From positions 16,676-80,675 of the forward strand of contig JAACWB010000005.1 in NCBI GenBank assembly GCA_009992215.1: 64,000 nt of DNA, written 5' to 3'. Positions 39,125 through 49,854 of this stretch are shown here, piece after piece. This stretch comes from an archaeon (GTDB lineage Archaea; Nanobdellota; Nanobdellia; Pacearchaeales; GW2011-AR1). A program made the position numbers and the translations under genes. Each line of letters opens with the position of its first letter. Positions within the stretch are counted from its first letter, which is position 1. Under the pieces are notes generated by a model. That model made no database searches. It was not told where the DNA came from and saw only the letters and a program-made list of their open reading frames with translations.

Positions 39125-40235
39125 TTTTTAAAAAAATATTTCCAAATTGTTGAAAATATCCTAATCAAAGTAGGTAGAGGGTCATTAAAAAGATATTGTA
39201 TGTCTTTACCAATTGATCTATCTAATAAATCCCTTTTCCATTCTTTTTTTGCAAGTGATTTTTTTTTACTTGTTTTTATCCGAAGTGTATCTTCAGGTAG
39301 AATCCATTGAAATTTCTTTCCCAAAGGATATTTTTTGTTTTTTATTTTCTTACCTTTTATCAAATCAAAGGGAATTTTTCCAAAATTTAATCCACAAAAA
39401 ATAGATAAATCATAAGACCCCCAAAATTTTGCATTCATTTCTATAAAATAATATTTCCTTTTTTCCTGATTATAAATATACTCGAGCATAACTGGTCCTG
39501 TCCAATTCAATTTTTTTAAAAAACCTTTTGAAATTTTTTCTAATGTTTTATCATAAATACTCTCTGCACATGAACTTACTCCCCCTGATTCTGGGTATTG
39601 CCTAATCCTTTTATGTTGAAAAGTTTGTAGACAAGTTCCTTTGTAACAAAATGCAAAAAATCCTCTCCCTTCTCCAGAAATATGTTCTTGAACAATTTGT
39701 GTTCCAAAACTTAATCTATTAGATAAAAATTTTTTTAATTCTTTATTAGAACTTGCGTATTCTACTTTTTTTCCTTTTTCTTCTAAAGCGGACTTTATTA
39801 CAAAATTTTTCCCTTTAATTTTTTCAACATCAGAAACTCTTTTTATTATCCATGTTTTTGGGTACAACATTTTGAATTTATTTAATACTTTTTTAAGATA
39901 ATCTTTTCTTGAAATGGAATTAATCAAATGAAAATCAGATAAAATTATCTTTGAATTATTTTCAATTTCTTTCTTTATTTTAGAACATTCTTTATTGGTA
40001 AAATATCCAACGGGTAAAACCAAAGAGACATCATTTTTATTTAAAAAATTTAATAATTTATTTTGAAAATTTTTACGAGTATATTTAAATGATTTTTTTG
40101 AATATTTTGAAAATCGGGTTGGACTAAAACCTTCTGAACAAGTTGCAATACGCAATCCTTCTTTTCCCAAGCCCCTAACTATAGACAACGCATGTTTGTA
40201 ACGAGAATCGGTAACTAAAATATCATAATGTCTTT

Positions 40236-40239
<4 letters not shown>
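39121..40239 (-). CDS. ATP-grasp ligase
   Basis: FVIKS, VQEHISG, GPVMLEY, FIEMNAKFWGS. Confidence 0.85.
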
Positions 40240-40790
<551 letters not shown>

Positions 40791-40828
40791 ATGATGCTAA
40801 AATAAATCAAACTTATAAACTTTTTCTT

Positions 40829-41926
40829 TTAATTTTTTATTGCGTTCTCATAAATTTTTCTTAATTTTTTATTTCGTTCTTTAATAGAAAATTTTCCATC
40901 TTTAATCATTTTTATACATTCTTTTGACATTTTATCTCGGATGTTTTTATTTTCTATTAATCTTGATGTATTTTCTACTAATTTTTCAATAACTTTTTCT
41001 TCAGCCTCTTCAATTTTATTAAAAGAAAGTTTTTTTGTAACATCAAAAATTATTCCTGTTTTTTCATTTTCGATTATTTCGTTACGAGACTTTGTCCAAG
41101 TTGTGTTTATGGTGATTATTGGTAGTCCAAAAGCCATTGCTTCTAAGAGGGAAAACCCAAAAGTATCTAATGAGCCCGGATACAAAAATAAATCTGAATT
41201 TTCTAATAATTTGCATACTTCTTTATGAGGCATTAAATCATAAATTTTAATTTTAGAATATTTTTTCTTTAAAACATCTGAAACATTTGAAATGACAATT
41301 CCCGTAATTCCATATTTTTGTCTTAATCTTTCCAAAACTTCTAGGGCAATTAATCCTCCCTTAATATCAAAATATCTTGCAACAAAAATTATTTTTAATT
41401 TTTTATTCTTCGGTTTTTTTAAATTTTTGATTTCTGGTACTGCGGGGTAAACAACTTCAACTTTGTTTTTTATTTCTGGATATATCTTTAGAATATCTTC
41501 TTTGATTGATTCTGCCCAAGGAAGAATTTTCTTACAATTTTTTCTTAATAAAATTTTTCTTATTTTATTTTGTCCTTTTTTTTTGTCCCAGCCAGATATT
41601 GCAAAAGAAGGAGTCATTTCAATGTCTGCAACCCAAGGCTTATCCTTATTCTTACTTAGACAATGTGCGCAATGAATTAAATCATAATTTCCTTTTGGAC
41701 TTAAGTGAGCATTTGGGATATTCAAATTTAATTTATCTGAATATCTACGAATGTTTCGTTTTAAAAAATTAGAAAACCAAAAAAATCTTTTGCTTGTAAT
41801 TACCCCTTTTTGTTTTTCCACATTTTGGTAAACTATCCCCTCGGGAACATCTTGAATTAAATATTTGTAATAAGGGCTATCTGGAAATTTCCAAGGGTAT
41901 TGAAGATAAACTTTTATTTTATTCAT
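40829..41926 (-). CDS. Glycosyltransferase family 4
   Basis: DTFGFSLLEAMAFGLPII. Confidence 0.9.
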   Translation of the reverse strand: MNKIKVYLQYPWKFPDSPYYKYLIQDVPEGIVYQNVEKQKGVITSKRFFWFSNFLKRNIRRYSDKLNLNIPNAHLSPKGNYDLIHCAHCLSKNKDKPWVADIEMTPSFAISGWDKKKGQNKIRKILLRKNCKKILPWAESIKEDILKIYPEIKNKVEVVYPAVPEIKNLKKPKNKKLKIIFVARYFDIKGGLIALEVLERLRQKYGITGIVISNVSDVLKKKYSKIKIYDLMPHKEVCKLLENSDLFLYPGSLDTFGFSLLEAMAFGLPIITINTTWTKSRNEIIENEKTGIIFDVTKKLSFNKIEEAEEKVIEKLVENTSRLIENKNIRDKMSKECIKMIKDGKFSIKERNKKLRKIYENAIKN

Positions 41927-41927
41927 T

Positions 41928-42455
41928 TTATTTTTTTACAACTAATTCAAACTGAATTTCTGCAGCAGGAAAAATCCATGCAAAAAACCTACAATAAATT
42001 TTATGACTTAAATTTAGAAGAGGATTAAATAACCAATTTAATTTTGATGAATTTCCAACTCCAAAATTGATTTTCACTTTTTTTACTTGAAACATATCTT
42101 TATTTGCGCTGACCTCATGAGAATAATTTCCTTTTTGAAAATATCCAAAAGTGAAAGGAGTAAAAAATCTAACGTGAGTTGGATCATTATATTGCCCCCA
42201 AGATGAATAAAATGGAACCTTTATTTTTATTATCGCTTCGTCTTTACAAATACGATAAATTTCATGCATGAGAGGAATGAAATTGTTTACATGTTCAAAA
42301 ACATGATTTGCAATAATTTCACTTACTGAATTATCTTTAAACATTACTAATGGTTCTTCTAAATTAATTACTTTGTCTGGATTAACTTCTTTTGAAATAT
42401 CACAATTTACATACCCTTTTTTATAATCATTTCCGCAACCTAAATGTAATTTCAT
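41928..42455 (-). CDS. SAM-dependent methyltransferase (type 11-like)
   Basis: LHLGCG, HVFEH, DPTH. Confidence 0.88.
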   Translation of the reverse strand: MKLHLGCGNDYKKGYVNCDISKEVNPDKVINLEEPLVMFKDNSVSEIIANHVFEHVNNFIPLMHEIYRICKDEAIIKIKVPFYSSWGQYNDPTHVRFFTPFTFGYFQKGNYSHEVSANKDMFQVKKVKINFGVGNSSKLNWLFNPLLNLSHKIYCRFFAWIFPAAEIQFELVVKK

Positions 42456-43582
42456 TTCTTCAAAACCTCAACAATTTTTTTACTAACTCCTTTTTCTCCG
42501 TAGGGGTTTTTATGATTTTTTATTTTAAAATTTGGAGATAAGTATTCGTCTATTTTTTCTTTTGTCTTTTCTAAATTAAATTTTGATAAGAACTGATAAT
42601 TTGTTTCTAATCCCTCTGGCCTCTCTGTTGTATTTCTCATTATTATACAAGGTTTCTTAAACACAAGTGATTCTTCTTGCATTGACCCTCCATCACAGAA
42701 AACAAGAGCTGACTTTTCAAAGTGATGTAAAAATGTTGGATAATCTAAAGGAGACAACAGTTCAATATTTTTATTTTTTTGTATTCTCTCAAGCAAATTG
42801 AATCTTGATAAAACCCTCTTAGTATTTTCATGCAATGGCCAATACACTGGAATTTTAAAATATTCTATTAATTCTATAATCTTTTTCATTCTATCAAGAT
42901 TTTTTAAATTTTCATACCTATGAATAGAAATCAACACAAATTTTTTGTGTTTGAAATTAGAAACTTTATTTCTTTTTGAGATTTTTTTTGCTAAGTTTAC
43001 TGAATCTATAATTGTGTTTCCTGTATGAATTACTTTTCCTTTAACAAAATTAATACTTTTCTCGAGATTTTGCTTTGCCACTAACGATGGCACCAATGAA
43101 ATGTCTGTAAATAATCCAACAACCCTTCTTGTAAACTCTTCTGGCATTGGCTCTTTGATTGACCCACTTCTAAGTCCTCCTTCTAAATGAACGTTTTTCC
43201 AACTTTTCTTAAATGGATTTAGTACTATACTTGAGGCCCCTAATGCCATTGCAGTATTCATAGTATCTCCATGATAAAGAACATACTTTAAATTTAATTT
43301 CTTTATTAATTTCCTTATTGCAAACATTGTTTTTACATTCCAAAAAAATACTCTTAAATTAATTTTTGACCAAAATTTTAAATTCTTTTTTGTTTCTTTG
43401 CTCATAAAAAAATCAGGATTTTTTATTTCGAATAAATCGCAATAATTATTAATTGAGTGTTGTCCAGTGTGTATAAAATAATAAGGAATTCCTTGTTTTT
43501 TTAATTCAAGCATTACCGGAGCACATTTAATTAATTCAGCATTTGTCCCAAGGATTATTGCTATTTTTGAATTCTTTTGCAT
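42452..43582 (-). CDS. UDP-N-acetylglucosamine 2-epimerase family protein
   Basis: GTNAELIK, HTGQH, HGDT, HLEGGLRS, QEES, TERPE, NPYG. Confidence 0.92.
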   Translation of the reverse strand: MQKNSKIAIILGTNAELIKCAPVMLELKKQGIPYYFIHTGQHSINNYCDLFEIKNPDFFMSKETKKNLKFWSKINLRVFFWNVKTMFAIRKLIKKLNLKYVLYHGDTMNTAMALGASSIVLNPFKKSWKNVHLEGGLRSGSIKEPMPEEFTRRVVGLFTDISLVPSLVAKQNLEKSINFVKGKVIHTGNTIIDSVNLAKKISKRNKVSNFKHKKFVLISIHRYENLKNLDRMKKIIELIEYFKIPVYWPLHENTKRVLSRFNLLERIQKNKNIELLSPLDYPTFLHHFEKSALVFCDGGSMQEESLVFKKPCIIMRNTTERPEGLETNYQFLSKFNLEKTKEKIDEYLSPNFKIKNHKNPYGEKGVSKKIVEVLKK

Positions 43583-43624
43583 TGTAAAATTTTTAAGAAA
43601 ATTGTTTATTTAAAGATATGGATA

Positions 43625-46261
43625 TTAATTTTTAATGAATTGTAAATCGTCTAATTCACCATATTCTCCATCAACAGCTTTGAATTCTTCGTGTGTTAAA
43701 ATATTATCCATTTCTTCAGTGTGAACTTTGTATATTTTAATTGGGCCACTGAATCCGCCATAATAAAATGTAAGGGGGTATTGACTTTCTTCGTGCACTA
43801 ATTCTAATTCAGAATATCTGTTTTCAGGGTCATTCATGACATATAATTGTGCTATCAAAGAATCCTGTGTTTTTTCAGAAAAGTACATTAGGGCCCCCTC
43901 AGAATCAATTTTTTGACCTCCAGCAGAACTGTACACATTAGGATAAATATGAACTGTTCCTTCTATTCCTTCATTGAACTCATAATACTTATCCATTGTT
44001 GAAAGTTTCTTTAGAGGAATTCTATATTGTTTATTATTATATCCAAAAACACCAATTGGTTGTGAATAAACTCCATCCTTTGACTTAGTTAAAATAACTC
44101 CTAAAATTGCTGCTTTTCCTTTTGGTAAGAAAATATCTGTTCCATTTTCTTTGTAACGAATGTCTGAATCAATATAAGTTCCACCTTGATAAATCCTAAT
44201 TGTTTCTGTTCTTGTTTCTTGAGTTTGTGATATATCTGAAACAAAAGTTGGTAGCCAAGAAGCTCTGTCTGAAATTTCTAAGTCGTCAGCAATTGAAGAA
44301 AATGCAGAATATTTTCCAATGTCTGTTGGATCAATTAACAAATAAGAAATATTTTGTGTTTTCATGAATGACTTTGCTGTTTCAGGATATGGTGTAGTTA
44401 AAACATAACGTCCAACCAAGTGATCCCAATATCCATTGAAGTGTCCACCATCAGTTAGTGTTGGCCTTTCTCCGCCTGTTTGAACCCAATAACCATAATC
44501 CCACCAATGTAGGAAAATTGCATTTTGTTGTGTATTTGCTCTAACCCAAGACATTGCATTTTGCCAATCTGTATTATATGAAGGTGTTTGAACTTTTGCT
44601 TGATATACGTCTGACTTGTAAAACCCAACTGAAACGAAGATTAACATTACTGTTACAAATAAAACTAAAATAATTGAAAATGTCTTTAGTAAATCATCTT
44701 TATTTTTTCTTCCCCATTTAGCTGTTTCAAAAATTGCAATTGGCACCATCATTGAAATAAAAGGAACAATTGCAAAGAAAACTCTAATTGCTGAACGAAC
44801 GGAAAGTAACATTGGAATCATCCATGCTGCGATAAATACCCAACGCATGTCAACTGTCCAATCTGATTTACGATAAATGTAAACTGAAGAAATTGCAATA
44901 GCTAAAAATGAAAGGAAAAATAATGCCTTTGAGATAAAATTTTCTCCATTAAAAATTGAAGTGTCTGAAGTTCTTGAAGCCAAAATTCCTATAATAAAAA
45001 ATGCAAATGAAGCCGTGAATAAATAACGATATTTTTTATTTCTAATTCCATTGGCCAATTTTCCTCCAACAATAAAACATCCAATTAAGAAAGTGTAAAA
45101 TACTGTCTTTCCGACTTGACCTATTAATTCGGTTAAATATGGTTGTTTATTTTCTGCAACTGTTAATCCAACTCTTCCTGTTCCAAAAGGATATAGAAGA
45201 GAATTTAGTAAACTACCAATCATGTGAAAAACATTTCCTACAACTATTTGATAAAATATTCCTCCAATAAGAGTTACTAAAATAAATGAACTAATTTCTT
45301 TTTTTTCTTGAATTATTTTTGGTGTTAATTTTGACTTTAAGATAATTGTTTCAATTAAAGAATATCCCAATACAAATAAAGTTAAAATTCCTGCCAAGTT
45401 TAACATGTATGACTTTAATATATTCAAAATACTATAACCAAATAAAGGTGTAAAAATTAATACTCCAAAAACCCATGTCCCGTAAAACAAAGTCCTATTC
45501 CAAAGTGATTTGTTATCTTTTATGAACCAGATTACAATATAAGCTAAAGGAAAAATCATGAATAAAAATTTTGCTCCTCCTCCCCATGCAGCTATTGCAA
45601 AGATTGTCATGAATCCTGCAATTAACCCATACAGGCCGGATTTAACATAAGTTTTCTTTTTTTTCTCCAAGTAAACCATTCCCCAAGCAAAAGAAATTAA
45701 TGCTAAGAAAAATGCAAACATCCCTATTGCCTCGTGGTCTGAAAAACCTGCAAGTGTACGATATAAGTACGGAGGGATTATTGTTAAAATAAAAGAAGAA
45801 ATTGTTGCAATCCATTTATTTTTTGTTATTAATAGAACTAAAAAGAAAAATACGATTAAACCCAATGCAAAGAATATTACTGGATTTAGTACGTTTGCAA
45901 ATCTAATTGTTGAATCTGGAGAGATTACTGAAATTATTTTATGTAAAAATAGTGTTGATTGTGGAAGAATTTCATCTGTCCACGTTGAATTTAATGCTTG
46001 ATAACGCATTGTGTCTACTGCTGGCAGAACGCCATTATTGTCATGGAGGGTTTCAGAAACTCGTAGAAAATAGTAAGGGTCTAAAGCTAGAGGAGTATAA
46101 TCTCCTGTTGTTTTATCAATTAAATTTGGTAAGTCTTGTGTTCTTATATTTATTCCAATAAAAAGTGTTGCTAAAAATAAAATTACTACAATTATGTTTT
46201 GTACTCTTTTATCTTTAAGAAATTCTAAAGCAGGTTTTATAGTCTCCTTAAATTTGTTCAT
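43625..46261 (-). CDS. aglB: Oligosaccharyltransferase AglB (STT3 family)
   Basis: LDPYY, GFSDHE, TVAE, WWDYG; multi-pass N-terminal domain. Confidence 0.95.
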   Translation of the reverse strand: MNKFKETIKPALEFLKDKRVQNIIVVILFLATLFIGINIRTQDLPNLIDKTTGDYTPLALDPYYFLRVSETLHDNNGVLPAVDTMRYQALNSTWTDEILPQSTLFLHKIISVISPDSTIRFANVLNPVIFFALGLIVFFFLVLLITKNKWIATISSFILTIIPPYLYRTLAGFSDHEAIGMFAFFLALISFAWGMVYLEKKKKTYVKSGLYGLIAGFMTIFAIAAWGGGAKFLFMIFPLAYIVIWFIKDNKSLWNRTLFYGTWVFGVLIFTPLFGYSILNILKSYMLNLAGILTLFVLGYSLIETIILKSKLTPKIIQEKKEISSFILVTLIGGIFYQIVVGNVFHMIGSLLNSLLYPFGTGRVGLTVAENKQPYLTELIGQVGKTVFYTFLIGCFIVGGKLANGIRNKKYRYLFTASFAFFIIGILASRTSDTSIFNGENFISKALFFLSFLAIAISSVYIYRKSDWTVDMRWVFIAAWMIPMLLSVRSAIRVFFAIVPFISMMVPIAIFETAKWGRKNKDDLLKTFSIILVLFVTVMLIFVSVGFYKSDVYQAKVQTPSYNTDWQNAMSWVRANTQQNAIFLHWWDYGYWVQTGGERPTLTDGGHFNGYWDHLVGRYVLTTPYPETAKSFMKTQNISYLLIDPTDIGKYSAFSSIADDLEISDRASWLPTFVSDISQTQETRTETIRIYQGGTYIDSDIRYKENGTDIFLPKGKAAILGVILTKSKDGVYSQPIGVFGYNNKQYRIPLKKLSTMDKYYEFNEGIEGTVHIYPNVYSSAGGQKIDSEGALMYFSEKTQDSLIAQLYVMNDPENRYSELELVHEESQYPLTFYYGGFSGPIKIYKVHTEEMDNILTHEEFKAVDGEYGELDDLQFIKN

Positions 46262-46285
46262 AAGTTTCTTAGTAGAAATTTGTTT

Positions 46286-46750
46286 TTAAAGTTTACTTGG
46301 AACTTCCCTAAATTTTTTACTTACAATTAAGTCATAAAATATTGAAACTTTTGTTGGAGGATGAAAATTTCTAAATTTTTCTATATAATCTAAAATTAAA
46401 TGAAAAACAATTCCAAGTCCAACAAAATAAAATCCTTCCCAAAGCAGTCCAAGAAAAAAAGAAATTATAATTGTTTCAACTCCATGAAAAATGAATATTC
46501 CGGAGGTATAATTTCTTCTTTCGTTTTTGTTAAGAATATTAAAAAATTTAGAATTTTTTCTAAATAGTTTATATGCACTCATTAAATTATAATTTTTATA
46601 TTTGTAAATATAATACAAATAGTGGTCAAAATCTATCAAGAAAGTTGATAAGAAAAAAATGAAGAGATAAATTAAATTTAATTCTGGAAAGAGTAAATAA
46701 ATTAATCCACTAAAAATTAATCCCGCTAGAAAATGTGTTTTTGGTAACAT
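46286..46750 (-). CDS. Membrane-bound metal-dependent hydrolase-like protein
   Basis: H...DFDH...FH...FHLILD motifs. Confidence 0.6.
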   Translation of the reverse strand: MLPKTHFLAGLIFSGLIYLLFPELNLIYLFIFFLSTFLIDFDHYLYYIYKYKNYNLMSAYKLFRKNSKFFNILNKNERRNYTSGIFIFHGVETIIISFFLGLLWEGFYFVGLGIVFHLILDYIEKFRNFHPPTKVSIFYDLIVSKKFREVPSKL

Positions 46751-46751
46751 T

Positions 46752-48278
46752 TTAATTCTTGAATTGTCTTACCAAGTCCCCAAATGCTGGTCTTGTTATG
46801 AAAACACCAACGGAGATACCAATAATTGTTGTTATTGCAAATCCTTTCAATAAACCTGCTCCTGCCCACATTAAAGGAAGAAGAGAAACTAATGTTGTAA
46901 AATATGCTCCCATAATAATTGTAAATGCTCTCTTTAATCTTTGTTTCAAACTAAGAGTTATTGTATTTGTTGATTCATCCATAATTACAATTAAATCATC
47001 AACTCCAGTACCAATCGTTGCCAATATTCCTGCAATACCTGGTAAATCTAAATTCCATTTAATTAACGCTGCAATTCCAAGAACGATTATTACTTCTGAA
47101 ACTGTTGTTACAATTAAGGCCATTGATGACCTCCAGCTTCTGTATCTAATGAAAATAATTAATGAAACAACCAAAACTGCAATTAAACCTACAAATAAAA
47201 TCGAATTGATGAATTCGTCTCCTAATGTCGGTGAAATTGTGTCTAATTTAACAACTTCTAATTTGTAAGGTAGACTCCCAGTCATTAAAATTGTTTGAAG
47301 CTTTTTCATTTGTGCTTTTGCATCTTCATAAGCTTCTTCTTGTGAAGGTCCTGTTCCTGAACCTGAAATAGAAATTTGAGTTGTTACTCTTCCTTTCAAA
47401 CTTTCTCCAATCAGTAAACTGTCAACTAATTGATCATCTAAAACTAAATCTAATTTTTGTGATAAGTAATTTCCTTGTGCAGTTACATTAACTTCTAATT
47501 TATCAGTCATTTCTGCGTGTCTCTCAGCTGCAGCTCCACTTAAAGTTACAGCAAAAGAAAACCTACAAACATATCCGTCTCCCCCTTCGCTACATCCTTC
47601 AATTCTTGCATTTTGAGCGTCACGTCCAACTGAAGCGATATCTCTATTTCCTCCAATAAAAACTGTTTCATTCCCAATTTTAGCTTCAAATTTACCTTGT
47701 TCAGAAATTAATTTTTTCAAATCTTTTGGTGTTGCTCCTGCAATTTCAATTAACATAAAATTATTTCCACTCAAATCTGAAACAGGCATAACTTTCAAAT
47801 CTGTTAAACCAAATGCGTTTAATCTGTTTGAAGTAATATCAACTAAATCATTAATTTGGTCCGTTGTTAAAGTCATATTTTCTGCTTTGATTAATGCTCT
47901 TGAACCACCGGACAAATCTAATCCTAATTCAAGATTTGTTTTTTTCAAATTTCTAACTGTTACATCTGGAAATTCCGAGGCATAAAAAATAAATTCATTA
48001 TTGTCTGCAACTATTGTTGTTTTTTCTTCACCATTCAAATATTTTGTTTGGAGTATTTGGGAAAATGAAATTAAATCAGTTACTTCCTTTCCATCTACTG
48101 AAGTAATAACCATTCCTTGACGTAAACCTTGATCATAAAGTGAATTGTTTGCGCTTTCAATAGAACTAACAACAACCCCTGTTTGCATAAATTTTAGAGG
48201 TAAGCCAAAAATTGCAATTAGTGAAAAAGCTAAAAATATAATTAATAACCAAATTTTGAAAGTTAATTTTATTTTCAT
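46752..48278 (-). CDS. secD: Protein translocase subunit SecD
   Basis: LGLDLSGG, RLNAFGL, ISPTLG, IGTGVDD. Confidence 0.95.
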   Translation of the reverse strand: MKIKLTFKIWLLIIFLAFSLIAIFGLPLKFMQTGVVVSSIESANNSLYDQGLRQGMVITSVDGKEVTDLISFSQILQTKYLNGEEKTTIVADNNEFIFYASEFPDVTVRNLKKTNLELGLDLSGGSRALIKAENMTLTTDQINDLVDITSNRLNAFGLTDLKVMPVSDLSGNNFMLIEIAGATPKDLKKLISEQGKFEAKIGNETVFIGGNRDIASVGRDAQNARIEGCSEGGDGYVCRFSFAVTLSGAAAERHAEMTDKLEVNVTAQGNYLSQKLDLVLDDQLVDSLLIGESLKGRVTTQISISGSGTGPSQEEAYEDAKAQMKKLQTILMTGSLPYKLEVVKLDTISPTLGDEFINSILFVGLIAVLVVSLIIFIRYRSWRSSMALIVTTVSEVIIVLGIAALIKWNLDLPGIAGILATIGTGVDDLIVIMDESTNTITLSLKQRLKRAFTIIMGAYFTTLVSLLPLMWAGAGLLKGFAITTIIGISVGVFITRPAFGDLVRQFKN

Positions 48279-49147
48279 TTTTTAGCCTCCACATACCATT
48301 TCAATATTGAAACATTTGTTACCCAAGTGTTTAGTAAATCAAAAGCTAAACCAATTACTAAGATTGTGAAAATTTGAGTTAATACAATTGAGAAAGACCT
48401 AACAACAAAAAGTGCAACTAAAAATGCGAAAAAGGATGTTAATGTCATTGTCATACCTGTTTTCATTGAACCAAAGATTCTGCTATTTAATGAACCTTCA
48501 CTTCTTTTTAGCATTCTTGTAGTAAGTAAAATATCTGTATCTACTGAATAACCAATAAGCATAAGGAATGCTACAATTCCTGCAGTTGACATCTTCATTC
48601 CAAAAAGATTGAATGTTACTAGTGTCATTAAAATATCTGCAAAAGCGGAAATAATTACTGCTGTTGAAGGAACAACTGTTTTGAAAAGTATGAAAACAAC
48701 AATTGCCATAAATGCAAATGCTATTAATATAGCTAAAAGTAATTGTTTGTAAAATGCTTCACTTAAAATTGAACCTGTGAATTCAAAATCTGAATTCTCT
48801 CCTTCAACTAAAGAATAACCAACATATTCTTCAACTATATTTTTTGCTGAATCTCCATCAAGAGTCGTCTCTATTATTACTGCTTTTTGTTCTCCGGTTG
48901 TTATTTCATAAATTTCTCTTACATTTAAGTCGGGTAATTTATCAGCTAAGGAATTTTGCAAATCTAAAACATCAATTTTATCATAAACTGTTATTGAAGT
49001 TCCACCTGTCAAGGAAATATCTTTTTTTACAAAATCCCCTGTTGTTGAATTAAAATAAATTAAGTAACCTATTGAAAAAAGTAGTAAAACTAACGGAAGT
49101 AGTAATAATTTCTTGTAATTTCTATCGTGCCAATTACGGTTTTCCAT
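48275..49147 (-). CDS. secF: Protein translocase subunit SecF
   Basis: DISLTGGT, LMLIGYSVDTDILLT. Confidence 0.95.
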   Translation of the reverse strand: MENRNWHDRNYKKLLLLPLVLLLFSIGYLIYFNSTTGDFVKKDISLTGGTSITVYDKIDVLDLQNSLADKLPDLNVREIYEITTGEQKAVIIETTLDGDSAKNIVEEYVGYSLVEGENSDFEFTGSILSEAFYKQLLLAILIAFAFMAIVVFILFKTVVPSTAVIISAFADILMTLVTFNLFGMKMSTAGIVAFLMLIGYSVDTDILLTTRMLKRSEGSLNSRIFGSMKTGMTMTLTSFFAFLVALFVVRSFSIVLTQIFTILVIGLAFDLLNTWVTNVSILKWYVEAKK

Positions 49148-49331
49148 TATCAAAAGAAAAACTCTCTATATATAAAGGTTATTGGATTAGAAATTATTCT
49201 CATTTTTTAATTAATAAAAAAGAAAATGAAACGCTCAAATTTCTTTCTTTGAAATTTGGCAAAAACAAGCTTAGACTTCGCTTAAATCTTGTTTTGACGA
49301 CTTGTCGTCTTTTAATGAATAAAAAAGAAAA

Positions 49332-49448
49332 TGAAAGACGACTTGAACAGTTCGCGTCTTGCGGGACACTACCATGGACAACGTAGGAAGCTTAACTTCT
49401 GTGTTCGGAAAGGGAACAGGTGTTTCCAACCTACTATGGCCGTCTTCA
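49332..49448 (-). rRNA. rrf: 5S rRNA (stand-alone)
   Basis: GACGGCCATAG...CACCTGTTCCCTTTCCGAACACAGAAGTTAAG; ends pair as GAAGACGGC/GTCGTCTTT. Confidence 0.93.
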
Positions 49449-49469
49449 AATTTAGAGAAGCAATTGGGT

Positions 49470-49477
49470 TTATAAAG
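49470..49477. promoter_or_regulatory. Palindromic TATA-like box between divergent 5S rRNA and tRNA-Leu
   Basis: TTTATAAA at about 49469-49476, roughly 20-35 bp from both RNA 5' ends. Confidence 0.5.
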
Positions 49478-49509
49478 TTTTTTATAGGGGTAATTTCTGT
49501 AAATATTAT

Positions 49510-49592
49510 GCAGGAGTGCCAGAGTGGTCAAATGGGCTAGATTAAGGATCTAGTGGTGTATTCCTACGCAGGTTCGAATCCTGTCTCTTGCA
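49510..49592 (+). tRNA. tRNA-Leu(AAG)
   Basis: GCAGGAG/CTCTTGC acceptor stem, A discriminator, CTAGA-TTAAGGA-TCTAG anticodon arm, long variable arm. Confidence 0.9.
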
Positions 49593-49667
49593 TTATTTGT
49601 CTGGGTAACTCGGCTCGCAAGCTTAATTGCAGTTAAGTTACTCTAGACAATGAAAGCAATTAAACAT

Positions 49668-49743
49668 GCCTGGGTAACTCAGTCTGGATTAGAGTGCCAC
49701 CCTCCTAAGGTGGAAGTCGCAGGTTCAAATCCTGCCTCGGGCG
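49668..49743 (+). tRNA. tRNA-Arg(CCT)
   Basis: GCCTGGG/CTCGGGC, CCACC-CTCCTAA-GGTGG, GCAGG-TTCAAAT-CCTGC. Confidence 0.95.
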
Positions 49744-49854
49744 TTTTAATTTGAACCAAGACGTCGCAGGCTAACAACTTTGAAATTTTAATAAATGAAT
49801 ATAATGAATTTAAGAAATTTCACAAGTTGATAGTAAAATCCTGCCTCGGGAGTT

